DNA from: Desulfuromonadales bacterium
Lineage (GTDB): Bacteria; Desulfobacterota; Desulfuromonadia; Desulfuromonadales; JAWOCM01
Direction of reading: 5' to 3'
Length of the DNA stretch: 64,000 nucleotides
Assembly: GCA_046483795.1 (NCBI GenBank)
Contig: JAWOCM010000091.1
Span: 1-64,000 of the forward strand
This document shows, one piece after another, positions 9,203-20,300 of the stretch. The translations under genes and the position numbers were made by a program. Below the pieces are notes generated by a model. It was not told where the DNA came from, did no database searches, and was given only the letters and a program-made list of their open reading frames with translations. Position 1 is the first letter of the stretch. Each line of letters begins with the position of its first letter.

Positions 9203-9451
9203 ATGGATCAATCCTTTACCAAACGCCACTTCATGGTCGACCGGCGGCGCATCGCCGATCTGAGATTCATTCTCGAGAGTTACGACGGACTGGCTTTCGT
9301 CCGCTCCCTCGATGGCATGGCCGGCCTGGTCGAGATCGCCTATCCGCCGTCCCGTCGAACCGACGCCGAGGCGCTTCTGCACGCCTTGACCCTCGAGCTC
9401 GACATGGAGCCTGCCGCACCTCCGGCTCCCGGAACCTACCCGCCTATCTGA
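9203..9451 (+). CDS. DUF4911-like small protein
   Basis: Track ORF 9185..9451. ATG 9203 follows GAAAGGGG. The sequence MDQSFTKRHFMVDRRRIADLRFILESYDGLAFVRSLD... matches my recollection of the DUF4911 family pattern (IaflrfILEgYDGLa). Confidence 0.6.
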   Translation: MDQSFTKRHFMVDRRRIADLRFILESYDGLAFVRSLDGMAGLVEIAYPPSRRTDAEALLHALTLELDMEPAAPPAPGTYPPI

Positions 9452-9499
9452 GAAACGCAATGAGCTAATCTGTGATGCTCTTCGCAAAAGCCCGGTGGA

Positions 9500-9625
9500 T
9501 GGCTAAGCAAAAATTTCGCCCTGCAAGGCCTGGTGGTTTTCCAGGGGCGAAGGCATACATCAGGTATGTCGAGGTCCTGAAAAAACGCCGTAACGCCGCA
9601 GGGCGGACTTTTTGCGACGCCATCA
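9500..9625 (+). repeat. Hairpin MITE-like element, family A, copy 2
   Basis: Second copy of the 3721..3847 element in the same orientation. An extra TGCTCTTCGCAAAAG terminus-like word lies just upstream at 9476..9490. Confidence 0.85.
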
Positions 9626-10012
9626 ATCGGTGGTCACTTCGAACTCGGGGGAATCGAGAATCGAGCGCTTGACCGCACACTGGTCTGTGGCCCGGATAAT
9701 CGCCTTCTTGTACTTCTCCGGAAATCCCGTCGGAAGAGTGATCCGCATTGCGACCCTGGAAGGCAGCCGCGTTTCCGGATCCCGCTCCATATCCACCGAC
9801 AGTTTCAGACCCTCGGTCTCGAGCTCGCGCTGATGGCAGAAGCGGAGAGCGAAAAATCCGGCGCAGGTCCCCATAGAGGCCAGGTAGAGATCGAACGGCG
9901 AAGGGGCGCTTCCTTCGCCGCCGTTTTCCTTCGGCTGATCGGTGCGAATGGTAAACCCGTCGACGCGGGCTTCGACAGCAACGCCGCCGGGAAAAGTGAT
10001 GTCCATAGACAT
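9623..10012 (-). CDS. OsmC family peroxiredoxin-like protein
   Basis: Track ORF 9623..10036. ATG 10012 has an AAGGAGA Shine-Dalgarno sequence at 5-nt spacing. OsmC signature: GSAPSPFDLYLASMGTCAG ... ATDQCAVKRSI. Confidence 0.85.
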   Translation of the reverse strand: MSMDITFPGGVAVEARVDGFTIRTDQPKENGGEGSAPSPFDLYLASMGTCAGFFALRFCHQRELETEGLKLSVDMERDPETRLPSRVAMRITLPTGFPEKYKKAIIRATDQCAVKRSILDSPEFEVTTD

Positions 10013-10055
10013 GAGAATCTCCTTTGTGTTTTGCAATAGAGTGAAACCTGAATAC

Positions 10056-10133
10056 GTGAGGGGTGAGGCGTGAGGAGAATAAGCTCAGAGCCTTGGTTTG
10101 CCCCGGGAATTCCCCTCACGCCTCAGCCCTCAC
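10056..10133. repeat. Hairpin built from GTGAGG heptamer words (family D)
   Basis: The left arm GTGAGGGGTGAGGCGTGAGGAG (10056..10077) matches the reverse complement of CCCCTCACGCCTCAGCCCTCAC (10112..10133) at 20 of 22 positions. The loop is about 34 nt. It lies between the pcrA stop and the osmC-family start. Confidence 0.7.
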
Positions 10134-10199
10134 CTGGTAAAATCTGCACTACAGCGATGAAATCAGATTTAGGGGACAGCAGGATCAGGCTCATGCCGG

Positions 10200-12245
<2,046 letters not shown>

Positions 12246-12270
12246 CGTTTCTAACTCTCTTACATCCCGT

Positions 12271-12334
12271 TAAAACAAAAGACAGCCGCGTCCGACCGGC
12301 CTGTCCCGGCCAATCTCATCCGGTATCGGACGCG
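12271..12334 (-). terminator. GC-rich hairpin + U-tract (terminator or attenuator) 26 nt upstream of the pcrA start
   Basis: On the minus strand, CGCGTCCGA(TA)CCGG ... CCGGTCGGACGCG is followed by GCTGTCTTTTGTTTTA. The stem is 13 bp with a 2-nt bulge. Confidence 0.55.
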
Positions 12335-12627
12335 CTGATCATATACCTGTTGCCGGCGGAGAAAAAGGCTTGATTTTATAATCCTGAACTTGCTATTTTA
12401 ACCGCCATGTTCCGATTAACTGTTGTCATAGTAGGTGTGGTGTGGGCGTCGTTGCTGCTTTTTTCCTGGAGCGGAGCTGTTGTTTCACCTCCGGCTCAGG
12501 AAAAAAGCAGCGCCGTTGATCGCCCACTGGCTCGCTAAGCTTTTCTGGAACCATACCGCCATGGTTCTCCCACGGATCCTCCCGAATCCCGACGTATGGG
12601 GCAAAATATCCTTTGATCCGCGTCTCT

Positions 12628-13551
12628 TCAAGGGGTTCCGCAACGACTTCCCTGCCGACTATCCCGCCGACGCAATTCATCATCGATCGCATTGAGCACT
12701 TCCCACTTGTTGCGCGACCATAAAGGCGCAAGCAGAAGGTCCCTGGGTCCGTCGCCGGTCAGACGGTGAATCTGGGTGTCGGGGTGCAGCCGTTCGAGAA
12801 AATCTGCAACCAGATCGACATATTCGGCCTGCTCCAGCATTTTCAGGCCGCCCTGCTCATAAATATCCCCCAGCGGCGTTCCCCGCAGGACGTGCAGCAG
12901 GTGAATTTTGATGCCGTCAACCCGCAGACGCGCCATCTCTTCGGCCGTTTCCAGCATCTGTGCCTTCGTCTCGCCGGGCAGGCCGATAATCACGTGAACG
13001 CAGACACGGATTCCCCTGGAGCGGACTCGGCGGAAAGCATCGGCAAAGGCCTGGTAGTCATGTCCGCGACGCAGAAAATCCAGCGTGCCGTCATGAATCG
13101 TCTGCAATCCCATTTCGAGCCAGAAGTCAGTGCGGCGATGGTATTCAGCGAGCAGATCGACGACGTCTTCGGCCAGGCAGTCGGGTCGGGTGCCGACGAA
13201 GAGGCCGACGACATCGGGAACACCGAGCGCTTCGTCGTAGAGACGACGCAACCGCTCCGGCGGCGCGAAAGTATTGGAGAAGGGCTGGAAATAAGCCATG
13301 AATCGCCGGGCCTTGTACTTGCGGGTCATAACCTCCTTGCCATGCTCGATCTGCGCGGTGATCGAAGCCCCGCGCTCGATCCCCACGGACCCGGATCCGC
13401 CGGGATCGCAGAACAGGCAGCCTCCACTGCCCTGCCGTCCGTTGCGGTTGGGGCAGCCGAAACCGGCATCGACGGAAATCTTGTGAATTCGCTCCCCGTA
13501 AATATTCTTGAGGGTCTGTGAAAAGACCTTGTAGCGTTTTTCGTTCATCAT
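12628..13551 (-). CDS. TIGR01212 family radical SAM protein
   Basis: 307 aa. The N-terminal pattern KISVDAGFGCPNRNGRQGSGGCLFCD is typical of the YhcC/TIGR01212 radical SAM family. Confidence 0.85.
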   Translation of the reverse strand: MMNEKRYKVFSQTLKNIYGERIHKISVDAGFGCPNRNGRQGSGGCLFCDPGGSGSVGIERGASITAQIEHGKEVMTRKYKARRFMAYFQPFSNTFAPPERLRRLYDEALGVPDVVGLFVGTRPDCLAEDVVDLLAEYHRRTDFWLEMGLQTIHDGTLDFLRRGHDYQAFADAFRRVRSRGIRVCVHVIIGLPGETKAQMLETAEEMARLRVDGIKIHLLHVLRGTPLGDIYEQGGLKMLEQAEYVDLVADFLERLHPDTQIHRLTGDGPRDLLLAPLWSRNKWEVLNAIDDELRRRDSRQGSRCGTP

Positions 13552-13612
13552 GTCTCGATCATGGCATTAAAATAAAATTCCGGCAAGATTTGCCGCCCCC
13601 CTCATCGCCAAC

Positions 13613-13641
13613 AAAAAAACCCCGACCTTTGCCGGGGTTTT
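13613..13641 (-). terminator. Rho-independent terminator after the AraC-family gene
   Basis: The minus strand reads CCCCG-GCAAAGGT-CGGGG followed by TTTTTTTG. It lies between the araC-like stop (13685) and the radical SAM start (13551). Confidence 0.55.
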
Positions 13642-13684
13642 GACATTCTCCCACATCTCTGCGTCATTTTTTTGTCCCGCTGTC

Positions 13685-14065
13685 TCAGCTTTCTCCAAAA
13701 ATCTTCTTGCGATATTGCATCGGAGTGTCCCCTTCGAGTTTCTTGAAGGTGCGATGGAATTGCACCGTAGAGGTGAAACCGACTTTTTTGGCGATTTCGT
13801 GGATCGGATCGGGGGACGAATGGAGATGCTCCTTCGCCTTGTCGATTCGCAGCCAGTTGATCAGTTCAACGACCGTTCGCCCCGTTTCCTTTTTAAATTT
13901 GCGACACAGATGATGGTAGGAAAGTGACGAGTGCCTGGCAACTTCCTGCACACTGATCGAGGATTGGTAATTATCCTGCACATATTCAAGGGCCCGCTCG
14001 ATGCCCTCGCTCAACCCCTCCGTCCTGATCCAGGAGGATTCCGCCTTTTCTATATTTTGATTCAT
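13685..14065 (-). CDS. AraC family transcriptional regulator (HTH domain only, about 126 aa)
   Basis: Track ORF 13685..14104. ATG 14065 has an AAGGAG Shine-Dalgarno sequence at 7-nt spacing. Tandem HTH_18 pattern: ISVQEVARHSSLSYHHLCRKFKKETGRTVVELINWLRIDKAKEHL...IHEIAKKVGFTSTVQFHRTFKKLEGDTPMQYR. Confidence 0.75.
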   Translation of the reverse strand: MNQNIEKAESSWIRTEGLSEGIERALEYVQDNYQSSISVQEVARHSSLSYHHLCRKFKKETGRTVVELINWLRIDKAKEHLHSSPDPIHEIAKKVGFTSTVQFHRTFKKLEGDTPMQYRKKIFGES

Positions 14066-14350
14066 GGTCGCACTCCTTGGCTGTCTGAATCCTGAAAACC
14101 GCAACCAGTCTCTATAAACCGCTCAGCACTTTCAAAGACACATTGGGAAGGTGCCCCTGATTGTCACATGCGGCCTATTGATCCGAATATTTAATCAAAT
14201 AGCATACTTTATGCCAAGTTTTATCTGACAACCGGTGTAATTTGGGAAAATATGCTACCCTTTATTATAGTATAACACCTGCTATATATCATTCATGGGG
14301 AAAACAACCGGATTTTATTAATATATCGATAATGTCATCATCTCTTCGAG

Positions 14351-14378
14351 TTGCATAGAAGAACGGCCTTGCTATACT
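14351..14378 (+). promoter_or_regulatory. Sigma70-type promoter candidate for the REC/glucan operon
   Basis: TTGCAT (14351..14356), a 16-nt spacer, then TATACT (14373..14378). It sits at the edge of a 370-bp AT-rich gap, about 93 nt upstream of the REC start. Confidence 0.45.
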
Positions 14379-14470
14379 TGCCCCTACCGCATTCTGGGGG
14401 GAAAACCTCGCTTTTGATCTCCCCCTTCGTTGGCTTCAGAATCGAGAAAACAAAGGAGAAATCCGTTTTT

Positions 14471-14860
14471 ATGGCCGAACTTCTCGTTATTGATGATGAA
14501 CCGGATATCCGGGCGCTCTTTGCCGCCGAACTTGCAGATGAGGGGCATGAAGTGCAAACCGCGGGTGACATTGATGCAGCCTGGGCCTGTCTGGAGAAGC
14601 AGATTCCGGATCTTGTCGTTCTCGACATCCAGGTCGGGAAAGAGAACGGCCTTCTCTTCCTGCAGAAATTGTCCCGCCTCTATCCGCGCCTCCCGGTCGT
14701 TCTGTGCACGGCCTACAGTTGCTACAAGGACGACTTCTCCTCCTGGATCGCCGACGCCTATGTGGTCAAGAGTTCCGACCTCAACGCTTTGAAAAGCGAA
14801 GTCGCCCGTCAATTGCGCCGGCAAGCGGAAATGAAAAACGAAGAGAGGGGGACACGATGA
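14471..14860 (+). CDS. Single-domain response regulator (REC only)
   Basis: Track ORF 14351..14860. ATG 14471 gives MAELLVIDDEPDIRALF. The conserved DD, phospho-acceptor D (VVLDIQ), T (LCTAY) and K (VVKSS) are all present. The stop overlaps the next ATG (ATGA at 14857). Confidence 0.85.
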   Translation: MAELLVIDDEPDIRALFAAELADEGHEVQTAGDIDAAWACLEKQIPDLVVLDIQVGKENGLLFLQKLSRLYPRLPVVLCTAYSCYKDDFSSWIADAYVVKSSDLNALKSEVARQLRRQAEMKNEERGTR

Positions 14861-17373
14861 AAGCTGTTATCATGGCCGGCGGATTCGGCACCCGGATCCA
14901 GCCGCTGACCATCAACCTGCCCAAGCCGATGATTCCCCTGATAAACAAGCCGATCATGCTGCATATCATCGAGCTGCTCAAAAAGCACGGCATCACCGAT
15001 CTGGTGCTGCTTCTCTATCACCAGCCGATGAGCATCAAGAGTTACTTCCGCGACGGCAGCGACTTCGGAGTGAGCATCACCTATATCACACCGCTGGAGG
15101 ATTATGGAACCGCCGGAGCGGTCAAAGCCGCTGCCCAGCATCTCGATGAGCCGTTCCTGATCATCAGCGGCGACCTTCTCACCGATTTCGACCTTGGAAA
15201 GCTGGTGGATTTCCACCAGAGCAACAATGCACGGGCCACCATGACTCTCACCAGAGTTGCAGATCCATTGCAGTTCGGCGTCGTCATCACCGATACCGAC
15301 CACAAGGTCACCAAGTTCCTGGAAAAACCGGGCTGGGGAGAAGTTTTCTCGGACACCATCAACACCGGAATCTATCTTCTGGACCCGGAGGTGCTCGAGC
15401 TGATCCCCGAAGAAGAGAACAAAGACTGGTCGAAAGACATCTTTCCGATGATGCTCGAACAGGGCATGGACCTTTACGGCTGTTTGCTCGACGGCTACTG
15501 GCAGGATATCGGCAACCCCCAGGCCTACCTGGAAGCCTGCCGTGATGTCCTCACGGAAAAGGTCGATCTCGAGCTGGACGAGAAAAGAGAGCCGAGGGAC
15601 GACTGCCGGCTTCATTTGGGACACGACACCTTTCTGGCGCCTCCGGATCGGTTGCAGGGCACGGTCGTGATCGGAGAGAACAGCAACATCCTCGGACCGG
15701 TGCGTCTGTCCGACTGCGTGATCGGTCGCAACTGCGTCATCGAGGAGGGGGTCGAGCTTCAGGGAGCCATCCTCTGGGATAACGTCTACGTGAAAAAGGG
15801 CGCCCGTGTCGGCAATGCGGTCCTGTGCCACAACACAGGGGTGGGTGCCAAGGCCAGAATCGGCGACGGTGCGGTGATCGCCGACGAATCCCGGGTCGGA
15901 GACGATGCCGAAGTCAACAAGGGCATCCTTGTTTGGCCGCGCAAGGAGATCGAAGAAGGTGCGACGGTGACCACAAACGTCATCTGGGGCGAGAAGTGGC
16001 GCAAGAGCATTTTTGAAGGGGCGGTGGTCCGCGGCCTGAGCAACATGGAACTGACTCCCGAGTTTGCAGCCAAGCTGGGCGCCGCATTCGGCTCGACCCT
16101 GCCAAAAGATTCTGTCGTACTGGGCGGGCGCGATTCCTGCCGAGCCTCGCGGATGCTCAAGAGATCCTTCGTCGGCGGCCTGCTCTCCACCGGGATCAGT
16201 GTTCGCGACTGCAAGATGGTGCCTCTTCCGGTGATGACCTACAAGATGCAGACCTTCGGGGAGCTCGGTGGCGTCTACTTCCGTCAGTGTCCTGATGATC
16301 CGGCAACGACCGAAATCATCTTTTTCGACGACGAAGGGATGGAGATCTCCTCTTCGACCTCCAAGGGGATCGAACGGCTCTTCTTCAAGGAGAATTTCCG
16401 GCGGGCACACTACAACGAGCCCGGGACCATCCTTGAACTGCCCCAGTTGCATGACTTTTACCGCGACGGCTTTCTGCGCTCTCTGGAACAGGATCGCCTG
16501 CGGCAGGACAGACCGCGGGTGGTCATCGATCTCAACCACTCGCCCGCAGCCATGATCCTGCCCGCCCTTCTAGGCAGCCTCGGATTCCGTATGACCGAAC
16601 TCAACTCTTTTATCGACTCCAGTCGCTCCGAAGGAACTCCCAACGTCGAGAACCGGACTCTGGAGGAGCTTTCCCGGATCGTGGTGACTCTCGGCGCCCA
16701 GGCCGGTTTCTGGATCAGCCCCTCCGGAGACCGCCTTGTGGCTGTCGACGACACCGGCCGAATTCTGAGCGACCTCGACATGCTCGGCAGTTTGACCGCC
16801 CTGATCTGCCGACAATACGAGAAGGGGTCCCTGGCGTTGCCGGTATCAAGTCCGACAGTGGTCGAAGAGCTGGCGCAACCCGCAGGACTCGAGGTGGTGC
16901 GCACCCGACTCGACAATCGAGCCCTCCTTGAGAAGGCCCGGCGCCACGGCTGCCGCCTGTCCGCTTCCACTGACGGGCGTTTCGCCATTCCGCTCTTTCA
17001 GTACCATTTCGATGCCCTCTTTACCGTCGCCTATCTGCTGCAACTTCTGTCCGCAAGCGACATGTCCCTTTCCGAGGTCGTGGGTATCCTGCCGAAAAAA
17101 TCCTACCGTCACCTTAAGACGCCCTGTCCTCTCGACAGCAAGGGGAGGGTCATGCGCAAGATGACGGAGGCCGCAGCCGATAAGGATGCATCCTTCATCG
17201 ACGGTGTGAGGATTCAGTTCGAAAACAAATGGGTCCTGATTCTTCCCGACCCCTATCGACCCATTGTTCATGTTGTCGCCGAAGCGGGCGATGACGAAAC
17301 GGCATATGAACTGGCCCGGGATTATTGCAGCCGTGTCGACAACTGGAAAATCAGCGCTCTGCCGAACAGCTAG
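14857..17373 (+). CDS. Sugar-1-phosphate nucleotidyltransferase + left-handed beta-helix + phosphohexomutase-like domain fusion (838 aa)
   Basis: Track ORF 14704..17373; ATG 14857 is used. The N-terminus MKAVIMAGGFGTRIQPLTINLPKPMIPL and EKPGWGEVFSDTINTGIYLL are NTP-transferase motifs. Hexapeptide repeats span about residues 300-385. The C-terminal half aligns by eye to the PGM/PMM fold but lacks its catalytic motifs (see findings). Confidence 0.85.
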   Translation: MKAVIMAGGFGTRIQPLTINLPKPMIPLINKPIMLHIIELLKKHGITDLVLLLYHQPMSIKSYFRDGSDFGVSITYITPLEDYGTAGAVKAAAQHLDEPFLIISGDLLTDFDLGKLVDFHQSNNARATMTLTRVADPLQFGVVITDTDHKVTKFLEKPGWGEVFSDTINTGIYLLDPEVLELIPEEENKDWSKDIFPMMLEQGMDLYGCLLDGYWQDIGNPQAYLEACRDVLTEKVDLELDEKREPRDDCRLHLGHDTFLAPPDRLQGTVVIGENSNILGPVRLSDCVIGRNCVIEEGVELQGAILWDNVYVKKGARVGNAVLCHNTGVGAKARIGDGAVIADESRVGDDAEVNKGILVWPRKEIEEGATVTTNVIWGEKWRKSIFEGAVVRGLSNMELTPEFAAKLGAAFGSTLPKDSVVLGGRDSCRASRMLKRSFVGGLLSTGISVRDCKMVPLPVMTYKMQTFGELGGVYFRQCPDDPATTEIIFFDDEGMEISSSTSKGIERLFFKENFRRAHYNEPGTILELPQLHDFYRDGFLRSLEQDRLRQDRPRVVIDLNHSPAAMILPALLGSLGFRMTELNSFIDSSRSEGTPNVENRTLEELSRIVVTLGAQAGFWISPSGDRLVAVDDTGRILSDLDMLGSLTALICRQYEKGSLALPVSSPTVVEELAQPAGLEVVRTRLDNRALLEKARRHGCRLSASTDGRFAIPLFQYHFDALFTVAYLLQLLSASDMSLSEVVGILPKKSYRHLKTPCPLDSKGRVMRKMTEAAADKDASFIDGVRIQFENKWVLILPDPYRPIVHVVAEAGDDETAYELARDYCSRVDNWKISALPNS

Positions 17374-17397
17374 GACCCATCTGAAGGGAAGGAACCG

Positions 17398-20300
17398 ATG
17401 GCTCTTTCACCGCCGAACTCCGGAAGAAACAATGAGACAACATCTATGAGCGAACGTCATGTTTCAACAGAAAGCTATTTCCTGTACGATCTGCAACTTA
17501 ATGCCGCTTTCTGGCGTAACAACGCTGTCGCAGGGAGATTGCGCAGCTCTCCTCCACCGCCGCTGAATTACAGCCTGAACGCCATCGCGGAGGGGCTCTC
17601 CCCGCAGCTCGACACCCCCATAGAGACCGGAAACCTGGCTCTGTTGTCGGCTCTCAACGCGGTATTCAGGCATATCAGCTGGAGCTACCTGGCCGGCAGA
17701 GAGGTGAAGGTCGAGGGTGACCACCTGGTCATCGGCAAGAGAAGGCAACGCATCGATGGGCTTTTCGACTCTTTGAAAGCCTTTGTCGTTCACTTTCCTC
17801 CGGCCGCAGTGGTTACCGGCGAAACCGACGCAGAACACTTTTTTTCCGGAGGCAAGGCGACCGATCGCCAGACCGAGGCCCTGGTCCAGATGTTCGCTCT
17901 GGCGGTCCAGTCGCGCAATCCGGCCCTGGAAGAGGAGCGTCGGTTGATCGACGACGAAGCCTTTCAGAAACAGAGCGGATATCGCCTGATACTGGAGAGG
18001 ATCGACCGCCTGTTCGGGGCGGAAACATCCCCTTCGCCATTCAACCAGTCCCTTTCTGAACTCCTCAGTCAGCCTCTGCGCCATTCGCCGGATGACCTGG
18101 TGGGTCAGGTGGCCTATGTGCGCAGCCACTGGGGGCCCTTGCTTCCCGAGGGAGTGCTGAACCAGGTGCTGACCTCTTTCGACCTCTGGCAGGAAGAGCA
18201 ACAGATACGCGGCGCCGGGCCCGGCGGACCGGCACCGGTTCCGGACTACACAGAAGTCAGGGGAACCGAAATTCGAAGGTACAGCCCCGATGCGGACTGG
18301 ATGCCGAACGTCGTACTGATGGCCAAGTCGATCCAGGTCTGGCTCGATCAACTCTCCCGAAAATACCAGCTCCACCTGCGGCGTCTCGACGACATTCCCG
18401 ATGCGGAACTGGACCTGCTGAACCAGTGGAATATCACCGGCCTGTGGCTCATCGGTATATGGGAACGCTCCCGGGCCTCCCAACGCATCAAGCAGATGCG
18501 CGGCAATCCCGAGGCAGAAGCCTCCGCCTACTCGCTCTACGACTATGTCATCGCCGAGGAGCTGGGCGGCGAGGCGGCGCTTGACAATCTTCGCGAGAGG
18601 TGTTCCCGCCGAGGCATCCGCCTGGCCTGCGACATGGTGCCCAATCACACAGGCATCTGCTCACGCTGGATCGTGGAGCACCCCGACTGGTACATCCAGA
18701 CCGACATCCCCCCCTATCCCGGTTACCATTACACGGGGCCCGACCTGTGCGAAAAGGACGAGGTCAGCGTTTTTATCGAGGACGGCTACTGGGATCACAC
18801 CGAAGCGGCTGTGACATTCAAGCACGTGGATCACCGCACCGCCAAGGAGCGGTTCATCTATCACGGCAACGACGGGACGCACCTGCCCTGGAACGATACC
18901 GCGCAGCTCAACTTTCTGCTGCCGGACGTGCGGCAGGCGGTATTGGAAGAGATTGTCGACATCGCCCGGAGTTTTTCGATCATCCGCTTCGACGCCGCCA
19001 TGACCCTGGCAAAAAAACACTTTCAACGACTGTGGTATCCCCAGCCTGGAGGAGGTGCAGGGGTCCCCTCCCGTGCGGACTTCTGGATGAGCCGTCAGGA
19101 CTTCGAGCGTGCCTTTCCCGTGGAGTTCTGGCGCGAGGTGGTCGATCGCATCGCCGCCGAGGTCCCGGACACCCTTCTGCTCGCCGAGGCCTTCTGGCTG
19201 ATGGAGGGCTTTTTCGTGCGCACCGTGGGCATGCACCGGGTCTACAACAGCGCGTTCATGAACATGCTGAAAACGGAAGACAACGCGCGATATCGCAATC
19301 TCTTGAAAAACACCCTTGAGTTCGATCCGGAAATCCTCAAGCGGTTCGTCAACTTCATGAGCAATCCGGATGAAGAGACAGCGGTCGAGCAGTTCGGCAC
19401 CGGCGACAAGTATTTCGGCGTCGCCATACTCCTCGTCACCCTGCCGGGTTTGCCGATGTTCGCACACGGGCAGGTCGAGGGACTGCGCGAAAAATACGGC
19501 ATGGAATATCCACGGGCCTACTGGGATGAATCGGTCGACGAACCGCTGCTGCTGCACCACGAAAGGATGCTTTTCCCCTTGCTGGGCCGCCGGCCCCTGT
19601 TCAGCGAGGTCGAGAACTTCGCCCTCTTCGATTTTTACACAGCCGAGGGCGTCAACGAGGACGTCATCTCCTTCAGCAACCGCCTGGACGACCAGCGGGC
19701 CCTGGTCGTCTACCACAACCGCTACGGAGAGACCTCAGGCTGGATCCGAACAGCCTGGTCACCCGGGACGGACCAAAAAAGCGGGATGGAGAACGCAACA
19801 CTGGCCTCCGCACTCGCCCTGGGCAGCGACGAGACGATCTGGCGGTTCAAAGATCATTGCTCAGGCAAGAGCTACCTGCGTAAGGGGCGTCAATTCAACG
19901 AGGATGAGTTCTTTCTCCAGCTCGGTCCCTATGAAGCGTGTGTCTTTATCGACTTCGAACCGCTCGAGGATCCCGAAGGAGAGTGGCGGACGCTCTGGCG
20001 GGAACTTGACGGCCAGCCGGCAACCGATCTCGATCGACAACGCCAGAAGCTGCGTTACAGCAACCTGCACGCCGCCCTGGTGGATACCCTCGTGGCGATG
20101 GGGACGCCGGAGAGCCTCACCGTCAGACAGCTTGCACCGCTTGTTGAAGAGCTGGAGATGCAAACGGGGCGGGAAATTGATCTCAAAGCGCTCCTCTCCG
20201 CTCTTCAGCGGGATCTCGAGCGTCTACCTGCCGAGGAGCCGCGTTATCCGATGGCCATCGCCCCGCCGCTCGTTCTGCTGCGGCATCTCGATATCGGTTT

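Noticed and set aside
9465-9680. ORFs inside the repeat elements: 9465..9680(-), 9472..9672(+), 20661..20864(+), 63484..63669(-), and the MAKQKFRP... peptide at 3719.
   Set aside because: The two family A copies differ by a 1-nt indel that shifts the frame after about 10 codons, so no protein is conserved. The sequences are better explained as hairpin arms.
12426-12731. 101-aa ORF on the minus strand spanning the radical SAM 3' end and the spacer, and the 86-aa plus-strand ORF 12435..12695.
   Set aside because: It overlaps the 3' end of the TIGR01212 gene in another frame. It contains the 22-bp hairpin, has no RBS and no recognisable domain. The region is treated as structured non-coding sequence instead.
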